This document shows positions 9,650-18,572 of a stretch of DNA of 64,000 bases, in pieces. Every line of letters starts with the position of its first letter. Position 1 is the stretch's first letter. The notes beneath the pieces were generated by a model. The model was not told the DNA's origin and did not search any database. It saw only the letters and a list, made by a program, of their open reading frames with translations. The stretch covers positions 155,543 to 219,542 of the forward strand of contig JADKIX010000003.1 in the NCBI GenBank assembly GCA_016722635.1. The letters run 5' to 3'. The position numbers and the translations under genes are program-made. The DNA is from Rhodospirillaceae bacterium. Lineage in GTDB: Bacteria > Pseudomonadota > Alphaproteobacteria > JAEUKQ01.

Positions 9650-10495
9650 ATGGAAAATGATACCTATTCTCCCCCGCCTGTTTATGGTGCCGGAATAGGG
9701 TTGAGATATCAGCATCATGAAGATGTCTTACATAGTAAGCCCCGGATTAATTGGCTTGAAGTTCATAGTGAAAATTATTTTGGCGGCGGCTTAGCACTTG
9801 ATTATCTGAAAAAAATTCGTCTCGATTACCCAATCAGCCTGCATGGCGTTGGCCTTTCTCTTGGTTCTGCTGACAACCTATCACAGACCCATTTAGAAAA
9901 ATTTAAGCAATTAATTCATATTATCTCCCCTGCTTTGGTTTCAGAACATTTATCCTGGAACATCATTAATGGCGTTTATTTAAATGATTTAATTCCAACC
10001 CCTTATACCGATGAAGTGTTGGCCATTGTTTCTCGTCATGTTGATGAAACACAGAACTATTTCAAACGACAGATCTTAATTGAGAACCCCTCAACTTATT
10101 TAGAGTTCAATGTGGCCGATTACTCGGAAGCTGATTTTTTATCGGCCCTCGTTAAAAAAACGGGGTGTGGCTTATTACTTGATGTTAATAATATTTTTGT
10201 TAGTAGCAAGAATCATCGGTTTGATGCGAATGAATATTTACTGAAAATTCCAGTTGAAGCGGTTAAAGAAATTCACTTAGCAGGCCATACCAAAAAACAA
10301 TTCAAAAAAATTTCCATTCTGCTAGATGATCATGGCAGTAAAGTGGATGATGAAGTATGGGCCTTATACCAGCGTACACTACAAATAATGGGCCGAAAAC
10401 CTACTTTAATTGAGTGGGACAGCAACATCCCGGCTTTGAATGTAATATTAGAGCAAGCACGTATCGCAGAAAGTTATCTGGAGCGTGAGAACTAA
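9650..10495 (+). CDS. bufB: DUF692 (UPF0276) MbnB-like iron enzyme, predicted precursor-Cys-modifying enzyme
   Basis: 281 aa; N-terminal GAGIGLRYQHHEDVL..INWLEVHSENYFGGG typical of DUF692/MbnB TIM-barrel family; SD GGAGG. Confidence 0.75.
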   Translation: MENDTYSPPPVYGAGIGLRYQHHEDVLHSKPRINWLEVHSENYFGGGLALDYLKKIRLDYPISLHGVGLSLGSADNLSQTHLEKFKQLIHIISPALVSEHLSWNIINGVYLNDLIPTPYTDEVLAIVSRHVDETQNYFKRQILIENPSTYLEFNVADYSEADFLSALVKKTGCGLLLDVNNIFVSSKNHRFDANEYLLKIPVEAVKEIHLAGHTKKQFKKISILLDDHGSKVDDEVWALYQRTLQIMGRKPTLIEWDSNIPALNVILEQARIAESYLEREN

Positions 10496-10497
10496 TC

Positions 10498-11277
10498 ATG
10501 GAATTTATCAAGATCCAACAGCTATTCTTGCGGTATATTTTGTATGGGGAATATCACCCATCTTTAGATAAATTAATTAAAGGTGATATTATAAACCCTA
10601 TGGAGCGTCTTAATATTTACCGCAATAATACCTTCATTAGCTTACAAGAATGTTTGAAGTCCACTTTTCCCGTATCGCAGCAAATTCTTGGGGAAAAGTT
10701 TTTTACCCAAGCAGCTAGAAAATACATTATTGATTTCCCGCCAACCAATGGTTGTTTGATATTTTATGGGGAAAATTTTTCAAAATTTTTATCTTCCCTG
10801 ATAGAAATTAAGGATTGGCCCTATATCATTGATGTTGCATCTTTTGAATATGCGATGCAGCAATCTTTTTATGCAGAAGATTATCCAGTCTTAACAGCGG
10901 AAGATCTCTCCTTAATACCAGCAGAAAAATACGGCGACCTAGTGCTGAATTTTCAGCCTTCCTTGCAATTGATTCAATCGTTTTATCCTATTGATGACAT
11001 CTGGTCTATTCATAATGATCATTCAATCGAGCAAATGGTTGAATTGAAAATTATTAAGGCAAAGAACCCTGAAAACTATTTGGTTTACCGGCTAAATAAT
11101 ACAGTTTATTTTGAGAAAATTGATCAAGATGAGGCAGGTTTTATTCAGCATTTGAAACAAGGTATGACTTTTGAAAAAGCGTTTTCTGTTATCTCCAATA
11201 TTTACCCGAATTTTAATCTGACCAAAACGATCCGACGGTTGATCCAGTTTCAAGTCCTAACTAGTTATAATACTTAA
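10498..11277 (+). CDS. bufC: DUF2063 (MbnC-like partner) protein
   Basis: 259 aa; starts 3 nt after bufB stop; family invariably partnered with DUF692. Confidence 0.65.
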   Translation: MEFIKIQQLFLRYILYGEYHPSLDKLIKGDIINPMERLNIYRNNTFISLQECLKSTFPVSQQILGEKFFTQAARKYIIDFPPTNGCLIFYGENFSKFLSSLIEIKDWPYIIDVASFEYAMQQSFYAEDYPVLTAEDLSLIPAEKYGDLVLNFQPSLQLIQSFYPIDDIWSIHNDHSIEQMVELKIIKAKNPENYLVYRLNNTVYFEKIDQDEAGFIQHLKQGMTFEKAFSVISNIYPNFNLTKTIRRLIQFQVLTSYNT

Positions 11278-11295
11278 ATGAGGGAGTAGCTGATA

Positions 11296-11763
11296 ATGGA
11301 AGAACCTTCTCCGCCTTCAGTCAGGTGCCACAAAAATTTTATATTAAGTTTTTATAAAATATTAGAAATGATACCGGAAGCGATACCAGCTTTTATCCTA
11401 AGATTAGGGGTTTCATTAGTTTTTTTTCGCTCCGGTTTAGCCAAGCTACAAGAAAATAGTTGGGCTTTATCGCAACAAACCATATTTTTGTTCCGCGATG
11501 AATATCATATGCCATTTCCCGAGCTAACTGCTTATGTAGCTGCATCGGTTGAACTGTTTGCACCCTTAATGCTGTTATTTGGTATAGGTAGTCGTATAGC
11601 TGCCGCCGCCATGTTAGGAATGACCCTGGTAATCCAGATATTTGTTTACCCGGAAAGTTACCCTGATCATTTAATGTGGTTAGGCCCTTTACTATATATT
11701 GTCCTCCGTGGTCCAGGCGGTCTATCCTTTGATTATTTATTTCGTAAAACTATCGATAAATAA
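11296..11763 (+). CDS. DoxX-family membrane protein
   Basis: 155 aa, 3-4 TM helices, DoxX-like; SD GAGGGAG; last gene of the operon; true start may be the internal Met (MIPEA...). Confidence 0.6.
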   Translation: MEEPSPPSVRCHKNFILSFYKILEMIPEAIPAFILRLGVSLVFFRSGLAKLQENSWALSQQTIFLFRDEYHMPFPELTAYVAASVELFAPLMLLFGIGSRIAAAAMLGMTLVIQIFVYPESYPDHLMWLGPLLYIVLRGPGGLSFDYLFRKTIDK

Positions 11764-11795
11764 ACATCATGAGATTTTTTGATATTTTATTGAAG

Positions 11796-12551
11796 TTAGA
11801 CACTAGCCTGGACGAAAAAAATGGAAAGCTGCTGCAGCATTGATTTGGTATCGGCTATTGCTTGATCAATATGAATATTGTTTTTTCCCCGAAAAACAAT
11901 ATTTGTCATAGGCTTGCTGTTTTGCAGGAAAGGATAACTTCCAATATCAACATCTTGGTATTTATCCTGGATAGTTTGAAGTTCACCTGCAATTTTGCTT
12001 TCCCCGCTTTCAACTTTGAGCACTATAGAAACAATCGGGTTTCCTTGAATTAACGTTGGCAGAACATTATGTAACATCGCCTGCATAATAATGGGAACAC
12101 CTGCAAAAACATACACATTATTTAACTTAAATCCCGGCGCAGCGCTGATTGGGTTATCAATTAATTCGGCACCTTCTGGAAGGCAGGCCATTTTAAGCCT
12201 GGCATTATTCAATGATTCCGAATTGTAATATTTTTCTAAAATTTGCTTGGCTATAGGATTTAGAATGACTTTTCGCCGGAACGCTTCAGCAATTGATTCC
12301 GTGGTAATATCGTCATGTGTCGGCCCTATACCCCCGGTTGTGAAAACATAATTATATTTCATGGATAATTCTTGTACGGTCGCAATAATGTTGGATTTAA
12401 CATCAGGAATTACCCTCACTTCACGGAGATATATCCCCTTTTCTGCCAGTTTTATAGCAATGTATTGAAGGTTCGTATCTTGGGTACGCCCAGATAATAT
12501 CTCATTGCCAATAATGATAATTGCCGCTTCAATTTTTTTTGTTTCAGGCAT
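11796..12551 (-). CDS. CinA-like/MoaB-type molybdopterin-binding (MoCF_biosynth) domain protein
   Basis: 251 aa; IIIIGNEILSGRTQDTN and TTGGIGPTHDD motifs. Confidence 0.65.
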   Translation of the reverse strand: MPETKKIEAAIIIIGNEILSGRTQDTNLQYIAIKLAEKGIYLREVRVIPDVKSNIIATVQELSMKYNYVFTTGGIGPTHDDITTESIAEAFRRKVILNPIAKQILEKYYNSESLNNARLKMACLPEGAELIDNPISAAPGFKLNNVYVFAGVPIIMQAMLHNVLPTLIQGNPIVSIVLKVESGESKIAGELQTIQDKYQDVDIGSYPFLQNSKPMTNIVFRGKNNIHIDQAIADTKSMLQQLSIFFVQASV

Positions 12552-12691
12552 ATATTGTCCTTAATTATGATCTTATATAGGGTGTTATTCAGCTTACATG
12601 AATGATTCATTTATTGTGATTAATCTTTTGTTAATTGTTAATGATAAAAAAATAGATTTTTAAATAATTCAATAATTTTGCGAGGGATGCT

Positions 12692-13444
12692 TTGCCTGTT
12701 AAAATACACAATGAGAAAGATTTTGTTGGAATGAGCAATGCAGGTGCCTTAGCTGCGGCTTGTCTTGATTTTATTACTCCTCATGTCGTACCTGGAGTTA
12801 CAACTGAAAAGCTTAATGTTTTATGTCACGATTTTATTATCAATCACCAAGCCACCCCTGCCCCTTTGAATTATAAAGGATATCCTAAATCGATTTGCAC
12901 CTCTGTTAACCATGTGGTGTGTCATGGTATCCCTAGCGAACGTCCCTTGATTGAAGGCGATATATTAAATATTGATATTACCGTTATTTTAGACGGTTGG
13001 CATGGAGATACCAGCCGCATGTTCGCAGTGGGTAAAATCGCTTTAAAAGCTCAACGCCTCATCGATGTTACATATCAGGCAATGATGCTTGGCATTGCTG
13101 CAGCAATGCCAGGCAACACCTTAGGAGATATTGGTTATGCCATTCAAAATTATGTAGAAAAGCATCAGTTTTCGGTGGTTCGTGATTTCTGTGGGCATGG
13201 TATTGGCAAGGTTTTCCATGATGAACCAAATATCTTGCATTATGGATTACCATCAACTGGATTAAAACTGCAACCCGGAATGTTTTTTACCATTGAACCC
13301 ATGATAAATATCGGTAAACCTGATGTAAAGATTTTGGCTGATGGTTGGACGGCCGTTACGCGTGACCGCTCTCTTTCTGCACAATATGAACATACCATTG
13401 GTATTACTGAAACCGGTGCCATAATCTTTACCCTCTCTTCCTAA
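12692..13444 (+). CDS. map: type I methionine aminopeptidase
   Basis: 250 aa; pita-bread metalloprotease motifs (VCHGIP, D..D metal ligands, HTIGITE). Confidence 0.8.
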   Translation: MPVKIHNEKDFVGMSNAGALAAACLDFITPHVVPGVTTEKLNVLCHDFIINHQATPAPLNYKGYPKSICTSVNHVVCHGIPSERPLIEGDILNIDITVILDGWHGDTSRMFAVGKIALKAQRLIDVTYQAMMLGIAAAMPGNTLGDIGYAIQNYVEKHQFSVVRDFCGHGIGKVFHDEPNILHYGLPSTGLKLQPGMFFTIEPMINIGKPDVKILADGWTAVTRDRSLSAQYEHTIGITETGAIIFTLSS

Positions 13445-13463
13445 GACCTTAAAAGATAACCTC

Positions 13464-14189
13464 GTGAAATTTTTATATATGACAAACTTACAAGACAAAC
13501 CAACTTATTTAGGTCATCGGCAGCGGTTACGAGAAAAATTTATCCAAGGCATGGGAAATGGTCTGGCGGATTATGAATTATTGGAATTGGCCTTGTTCCA
13601 AGCCTATCCCCGGCAGGATGTCAAACCGATTGCTAAAAAACTGATGCAACATTTTGGTAGTTTATCCGCTGTCATCCAAGCATCTAGCGAAGAATTAAAA
13701 ACGGTTCAAGGTATTGGTTTAGCTTCAATTGTGGTTATTAAACTTATTCATGCCACATGCTTGCGAATGCTAAAACAAGATATGCAGCAATCCTTGATTT
13801 TTCATCAAAATACAGATGTTATCAATTACTACCACTTAAAATTAGCCCATGTTCAACGAGAAGAATTTCATGTTTTATTTTTAAATCATCAATTCCAACT
13901 ACTTCAAGATGAAGCCCTACAAACGGGAACAGTAAATTATATAAATATTTTTCCCAGAGAGTTAATTAAACGAGCATTAGAACTTTCCGCAAGTTATCTG
14001 GTCTTTATTCATAACCATCCTTCGGGGGATACCACACCATCAATTGAGGATCGGCAGACAACCGAGGAATTGCGTAATATCTTAAAAAAACTAGGTATCG
14101 AAATTATTGATCATCTGATCATTTCAAAATTGGGTTATTATAGCTTTAAAACAGATCAACAATTTAAACATTCACAGATGGAAAAATAA
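13464..14189 (+). CDS. radC: RadC-family JAB-domain protein
   Basis: HNHPSGDTTPSIEDRQTT JAMM-like motif, HhH N-terminal region. Confidence 0.75.
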   Translation: MKFLYMTNLQDKPTYLGHRQRLREKFIQGMGNGLADYELLELALFQAYPRQDVKPIAKKLMQHFGSLSAVIQASSEELKTVQGIGLASIVVIKLIHATCLRMLKQDMQQSLIFHQNTDVINYYHLKLAHVQREEFHVLFLNHQFQLLQDEALQTGTVNYINIFPRELIKRALELSASYLVFIHNHPSGDTTPSIEDRQTTEELRNILKKLGIEIIDHLIISKLGYYSFKTDQQFKHSQMEK

Positions 14190-15499
14190 TGGCCATTGAT
14201 CGTTATAGTCGCGCAGAAACAGCAAAAATTTGGTCCGATGAAAACCGGCTTGATTTGTGGAAAAAAATTGAATGTTTGGTAGCTAAAGCGCAGGCAAAAT
14301 TTAGTATTATCCCCATGAAGGCTGCACAAGATATTTGTCGTTTGGCCGATTACCAAATAAGCCGTATCAAAGAAATTGAACTTATTACCCAACATGAATT
14401 TAATGCTTTTTTAAAAAACTTGTCTGAAAATATTGGGCCTTCCGCCGCTTATTTACACCATGGAATGACCTCTTCGGACGTTTTAGATACAACTTTATCC
14501 ATCCAACTGACGCAAGCTGCTGATGCCATTTTAATACAACTTGAAAAATTACTGGCTGTTTTAAAGCGACGGGCGATTGAGTTCAAAGATACAGTTTGTA
14601 GCGGTAGAACACATGGGATCCATGCTGAACCTATGACTTTCGGACTAAAACTAGCTTCTCATTGGGCTGCTTTTTATAGAAATCGTCAACGATTAATACA
14701 TGCTAGGAAAGAAATTGCTGTAGGTGCAATTTCTGGGACGGTCGGAACGTATGCCACGATTGATCCACGCGTTGAAAACTATGTTATAAAGGAGCTCGGC
14801 TTAAGTTCTGAAACTATATCCACTCAAGTAATCCCCAGGGATCGTCATGCTATATTCTTTTGTACTTTAGCCGTTATCGCAAGTTCTATTGAAAATTTGG
14901 CAACAGAAATCCGTCATTTGCAAAGATCCGAGGTCCGGGAAGTGGAAGAACGCTTTGACAAAGGACAAACCGGCTCATCCGCCATGCCTCACAAACGCAA
15001 CCCCATTAAATGTGAGAATCTAACAGGATTATCTCGATTAATCCGTTCCGGTTGTATCGCGGCATTGGAAAATGTGACCTTATGGCATGAACGCGATATT
15101 TCTCATAGCTCAGTTGAGCGCGTTCTTTGTCCTGATGTCACTATTACGCTTGATTTTGCGTTATCCCGATTGGCTGAAGTGATGGATGGCCTGGTTGTCT
15201 ACCCAGATAAGATGTTAAAAAATATCTATAACTCGGGCGGCATTATCTTTTCTCAAAGAATCTTATTAAAACTCACAGAAAAGGGGTTAGATCGTCAAAA
15301 ATCATACCATTTAATTCAGCAACTCAGTCACGCATGCTGGCAAGAAGGTCAAAATTTCCTTCATCTATGCCAACAAAATCCAGAGATAAGAGAAATACTA
15401 AGCCTTGAGGAATTAGAAAACTTGTTTGACGTCGATTTTTATTTAAAGCAAATTCCCTTTATTTTTCAAAGAGTTTTTGAAGCGGACATAAATAGTTGA
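14189..15499 (+). CDS. purB: adenylosuccinate lyase
   Basis: 436 aa; fumarate lyase signature GSSAMPHKRNP. Confidence 0.85.
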   Translation: MAIDRYSRAETAKIWSDENRLDLWKKIECLVAKAQAKFSIIPMKAAQDICRLADYQISRIKEIELITQHEFNAFLKNLSENIGPSAAYLHHGMTSSDVLDTTLSIQLTQAADAILIQLEKLLAVLKRRAIEFKDTVCSGRTHGIHAEPMTFGLKLASHWAAFYRNRQRLIHARKEIAVGAISGTVGTYATIDPRVENYVIKELGLSSETISTQVIPRDRHAIFFCTLAVIASSIENLATEIRHLQRSEVREVEERFDKGQTGSSAMPHKRNPIKCENLTGLSRLIRSGCIAALENVTLWHERDISHSSVERVLCPDVTITLDFALSRLAEVMDGLVVYPDKMLKNIYNSGGIIFSQRILLKLTEKGLDRQKSYHLIQQLSHACWQEGQNFLHLCQQNPEIREILSLEELENLFDVDFYLKQIPFIFQRVFEADINS

Positions 15500-15516
15500 G
15501 AAAATTTTAATTTATA

Positions 15517-15859
15517 TTAAAATTTTCCAGCTTCTTTATCATTTAAAACTTGCTGTTTAGCTAACTGCCTCAAATCTTGCATTTGTTTGCGCAATGCAGC
15601 TTCAGACATTGAGAGTTTGTATTGCTTACAATCAGCCATTACTTTTTCTATCACATCATCATCCCCAGGTTTTTCAAAATCAGCCATCACAACGGCGGTG
15701 GCATACTCCTCGGATTTTTTTGAATTCCAACCAAATCATTGATATAGCAACCCACAAACCTAATAATTTATTTCTCCGTGCCGTAATTTTAAACTCCGTT
15801 TCTTGATCCATTTTATATTTTTGTTCAGCTGCTTTCTCGCGTCCATCAAAAGTTGTCAT
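15517..15859 (-). pseudogene. F1Fo-ATPase inhibitor zeta subunit homologue (DUF1476), frameshifted in a T7/A7 tract (15715..15721)
   Basis: Reverse strand from ATG at 15859: MTTFDGREKAAEQKYKMDQETEFKITARRNKLLGLW... then, after -1 shift at the A7 run, ...EEYATAVVMADFEKPGDDDVIEKV... Co-linear with Paracoccus zeta (MTTFDDRERAHEAKF...TVVTSDFDEPGDEDV) as I recall it. Not in ORF track because both pieces are <60 aa. Confidence 0.6.
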
Positions 15860-16127
15860 AATCTTTTTTTTCCTTCCTATTTATAGCACATCTTAGGTTT
15901 ATATAATGATATTCTATAATCATTGTCATCTTTAATGATATTGGCCTGCTACCGAAATTTACTACAGTTTTGATTAAAGTCTGTATTGTTTTTATAAGGT
16001 TAATGAGTTTTTTATGCAAGATGATGGCAACAGCGATTGTTATTCAATAAGATCATGGCCTATTGAATATTTTTCTTTTTGTTTCTATTTAACCTTCACC
16101 GAGCATATTTTTGTAAAGGAAAAATTG

Positions 16128-16370
16128 ATGGCAATGAACCCGGAAGAAATAACCCGATTAATTAAAAAATCTATTCCAGACGCTATTGTTGATATTATAG
16201 ATTTAGTTGGGGATAACAACCACTATGCGGCGACCATAACTTCATGCCGATTCATTGGAAAATCAAAAATTCAGCAACATCAGATTGTATATGCAGCTTT
16301 ACAAGGATATATTGGGGGTGCCTTACATGCTTTATCGTTAACCACGGTTACCCCCCTGCTAAATAAATGA
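16128..16370 (+). CDS. bolA: BolA-family protein
   Basis: C-terminal ~80 aa of the ORF match BolA fold; start set at internal Met (MAMNPEEI); adjacent to grx4 as in most proteobacteria. Confidence 0.65.
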   Translation: MAMNPEEITRLIKKSIPDAIVDIIDLVGDNNHYAATITSCRFIGKSKIQQHQIVYAALQGYIGGALHALSLTTVTPLLNK

Positions 16371-16420
16371 TATGATCTACACATGTATAAACCCCTGTTT
16401 TTAAAATTAGGAAAGATAAG

Positions 16421-16759
16421 ATGAATACAAAAAATGCCCTGGAAGTCATAAAAAAGGATGTCCAACAAAATGATGTAATCCTTTATATGAAAGGCACACC
16501 AAACCTTCCACAATGCGGTTTCTCCTCATTGGTTGTACAAGTGCTAAATCGTTTGGGGGTATCATTTAAAGGTGTTGACGTGTTACCAGATCCAGCTATT
16601 CGTCAAGCAATCAAAGATTTTGCAAACTGGCCAACTTTACCCCAATTATATATTAAAGGTGAGTTTATTGGGGGGGCGGATATTGTGAAAGAAATGTATG
16701 AAAGCGGCGAATTAAAAGACTTACTGGTCGCTAAGGGTATTAAAACGGTACAGAAATAG
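16421..16759 (+). CDS. grxD: Grx4-type monothiol glutaredoxin
   Basis: CGFS active site, 112 aa. Confidence 0.85.
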   Translation: MNTKNALEVIKKDVQQNDVILYMKGTPNLPQCGFSSLVVQVLNRLGVSFKGVDVLPDPAIRQAIKDFANWPTLPQLYIKGEFIGGADIVKEMYESGELKDLLVAKGIKTVQK

Positions 16760-17538
16760 TGCCGCATCATGAACCCATCTCTGTTCTGATTACAGGGGGC
16801 AGTAGTGGCATCGGCGAAGCGTTGGCTTTTCTTTACGCCAAACCTGGGTGTACGCTTTTTATTTGTGGCCTAAATAAATTGCGGCTAGTCCATGTTGCGG
16901 AGCAATGTGAGAAAAAAGGAGCAACTGTTTTCTGGCGCATTCAAGATGTTACGAACCAAAAGACAATGGAAAACTGGATTATAGAATCCGATCAAAAGCA
17001 ACCTATTGATCTGGTTATCGCTAACGCTGGGGTTTCGGGTGGAAATGATGGAGACATGGAAAGTGTAGACCAAACTATCCAAATCATGGAAACAAATTTT
17101 TTTGGTGTTTTGTATTCTTTGATTCCAGCCATTGAGATTATGAAAAAAAGAAGAAAAGGACAAATTGCCATTGTTAGTTCGTTAGCGGGGCTGAAGGGGT
17201 TTCCTGGGGCACCTGCTTATTGTGCCAGCAAGGCAGCCATCAAAGTCTGGGGAGATGCTTTGCGACCGTCTTTAAAAATGGAGGGAATAAATTTATCAGT
17301 TATTTGCCCGGGCTTTGTCGGCACCAGGATGACGGATCAAAATAAATTTCCAATGCCATTTTTGATGTCTGCGGATAAAGCCGCAAGAATCATTAAAAAA
17401 TCTCTTAAATCTTATAAACCTTTGATTGTTTTTCCAAAGATTACATATTTAGCGATCCGCTTTTTAAATTTTCTACCACCCATCATTACGGATAAATTAT
17501 TGTATCGCTTGCCAAAAAAACAAAAACTACCTGACTAA
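16759..17538 (+). CDS. SDR-family oxidoreductase
   Basis: TGGSSGIGEA Rossmann motif, YxxxK; GTG start overlapping grxD stop. Confidence 0.65.
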   Translation: MPHHEPISVLITGGSSGIGEALAFLYAKPGCTLFICGLNKLRLVHVAEQCEKKGATVFWRIQDVTNQKTMENWIIESDQKQPIDLVIANAGVSGGNDGDMESVDQTIQIMETNFFGVLYSLIPAIEIMKKRRKGQIAIVSSLAGLKGFPGAPAYCASKAAIKVWGDALRPSLKMEGINLSVICPGFVGTRMTDQNKFPMPFLMSADKAARIIKKSLKSYKPLIVFPKITYLAIRFLNFLPPIITDKLLYRLPKKQKLPD

Positions 17539-17573
17539 TATTTGGCGGTCCATAAATACTAAAATTACATAAA

Positions 17574-18572
17574 TCATGGATTGAGGATAGTGGGTTTGCG
17601 GATAATTTTCAACCATTCCTGAATATTTTTATTATGCTGTTCTAAATTTTCTGCAAAAGAATGCCCACCCTTGCCATCTGCTACAAAGAATAATTCCTTC
17701 GTCTGTAATGGATGTACAACAGCAATTATACTGGCTTTACCAGGATTGGCGATAGGTGTTGGTGGCAACCCAAAATTCGTATAAGTATTATATGGAGTTG
17801 GATTTTTTAAATCCTCGCGTTTCAGCGATCTTTCTAATTCAAAACGTCCCAAAGTTAACCCATAAATGACTGTCGCATCGGACTGAAGTTTTATCTTTTG
17901 CTTTAACCTATTAAAAAAAACAGCCGCAACCCTTGGTCTTTCTTCATTTTTGCCTGTTTCTTTTTCTACAATAGAAGCCAGCGCAATAAGATCGCGGGGA
18001 TTATTTAACGGAAAATCTGCTGGACGGCTGTTCCATACTTCATTTATCACTGTTTCTAGGGCAGCTTGCATACGTTGAAGCAACTTCAACCTATCTTCTG
18101 ATAAAGTAAAATAATATGTTTCTGGTAAAAAGCTGCCTTCAGGAAGTTTTTCCCAATATTCCGATGTGATAATACCCTCAAGATTGGGATGATTTTGTAG
18201 TAATTGGATAATTTGGTAATTGGTTAAACCCTCAGGGATAGTGATGCGGTACTGATCCACTTGCCCTAAATAAAGTCTTCTTAAAACATCCCGGGAAGAA
18301 ACTTGCCCTTTAAAAGTGTATCCGCCAGCCTTTAACGTTCGACCACCAGTTACTAGCCAATAAGTTAAAGTAAAATCTGTCGTGTTTTTAAAAACCCCTT
18401 CTTTAATTAGGGTTCTTGCAATAGACAAATTGGGCTGCCCATAAGGGATAACTATTTGGAATTCTTTGAAAATCTTATTGTTTGCAGCTGAATAGTAATG
18501 CCAATTTAAAAGAACGGCTGTAAGTAATATCACCTGAAATAGCCATCGGGCAATAGGCAGCACTAATTTCAC
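17574..18572 (-). CDS. mltG: endolytic murein transglycosylase MltG (YceG-like)
   Basis: 332 aa, N-terminal TM, YceG-like conserved region; positioned after fabF as in many bacteria. Confidence 0.75.
   Translation of the reverse strand: MKLVLPIARWLFQVILLTAVLLNWHYYSAANNKIFKEFQIVIPYGQPNLSIARTLIKEGVFKNTTDFTLTYWLVTGGRTLKAGGYTFKGQVSSRDVLRRLYLGQVDQYRITIPEGLTNYQIIQLLQNHPNLEGIITSEYWEKLPEGSFLPETYYFTLSEDRLKLLQRMQAALETVINEVWNSRPADFPLNNPRDLIALASIVEKETGKNEERPRVAAVFFNRLKQKIKLQSDATVIYGLTLGRFELERSLKREDLKNPTPYNTYTNFGLPPTPIANPGKASIIAVVHPLQTKELFFVADGKGGHSFAENLEQHNKNIQEWLKIIRKPTILNP

Noticed and set aside
15594-15806. 70-aa + strand ORF
   Set aside because: Antisense to the convincingly conserved DUF1476 zeta-subunit gene on the minus strand
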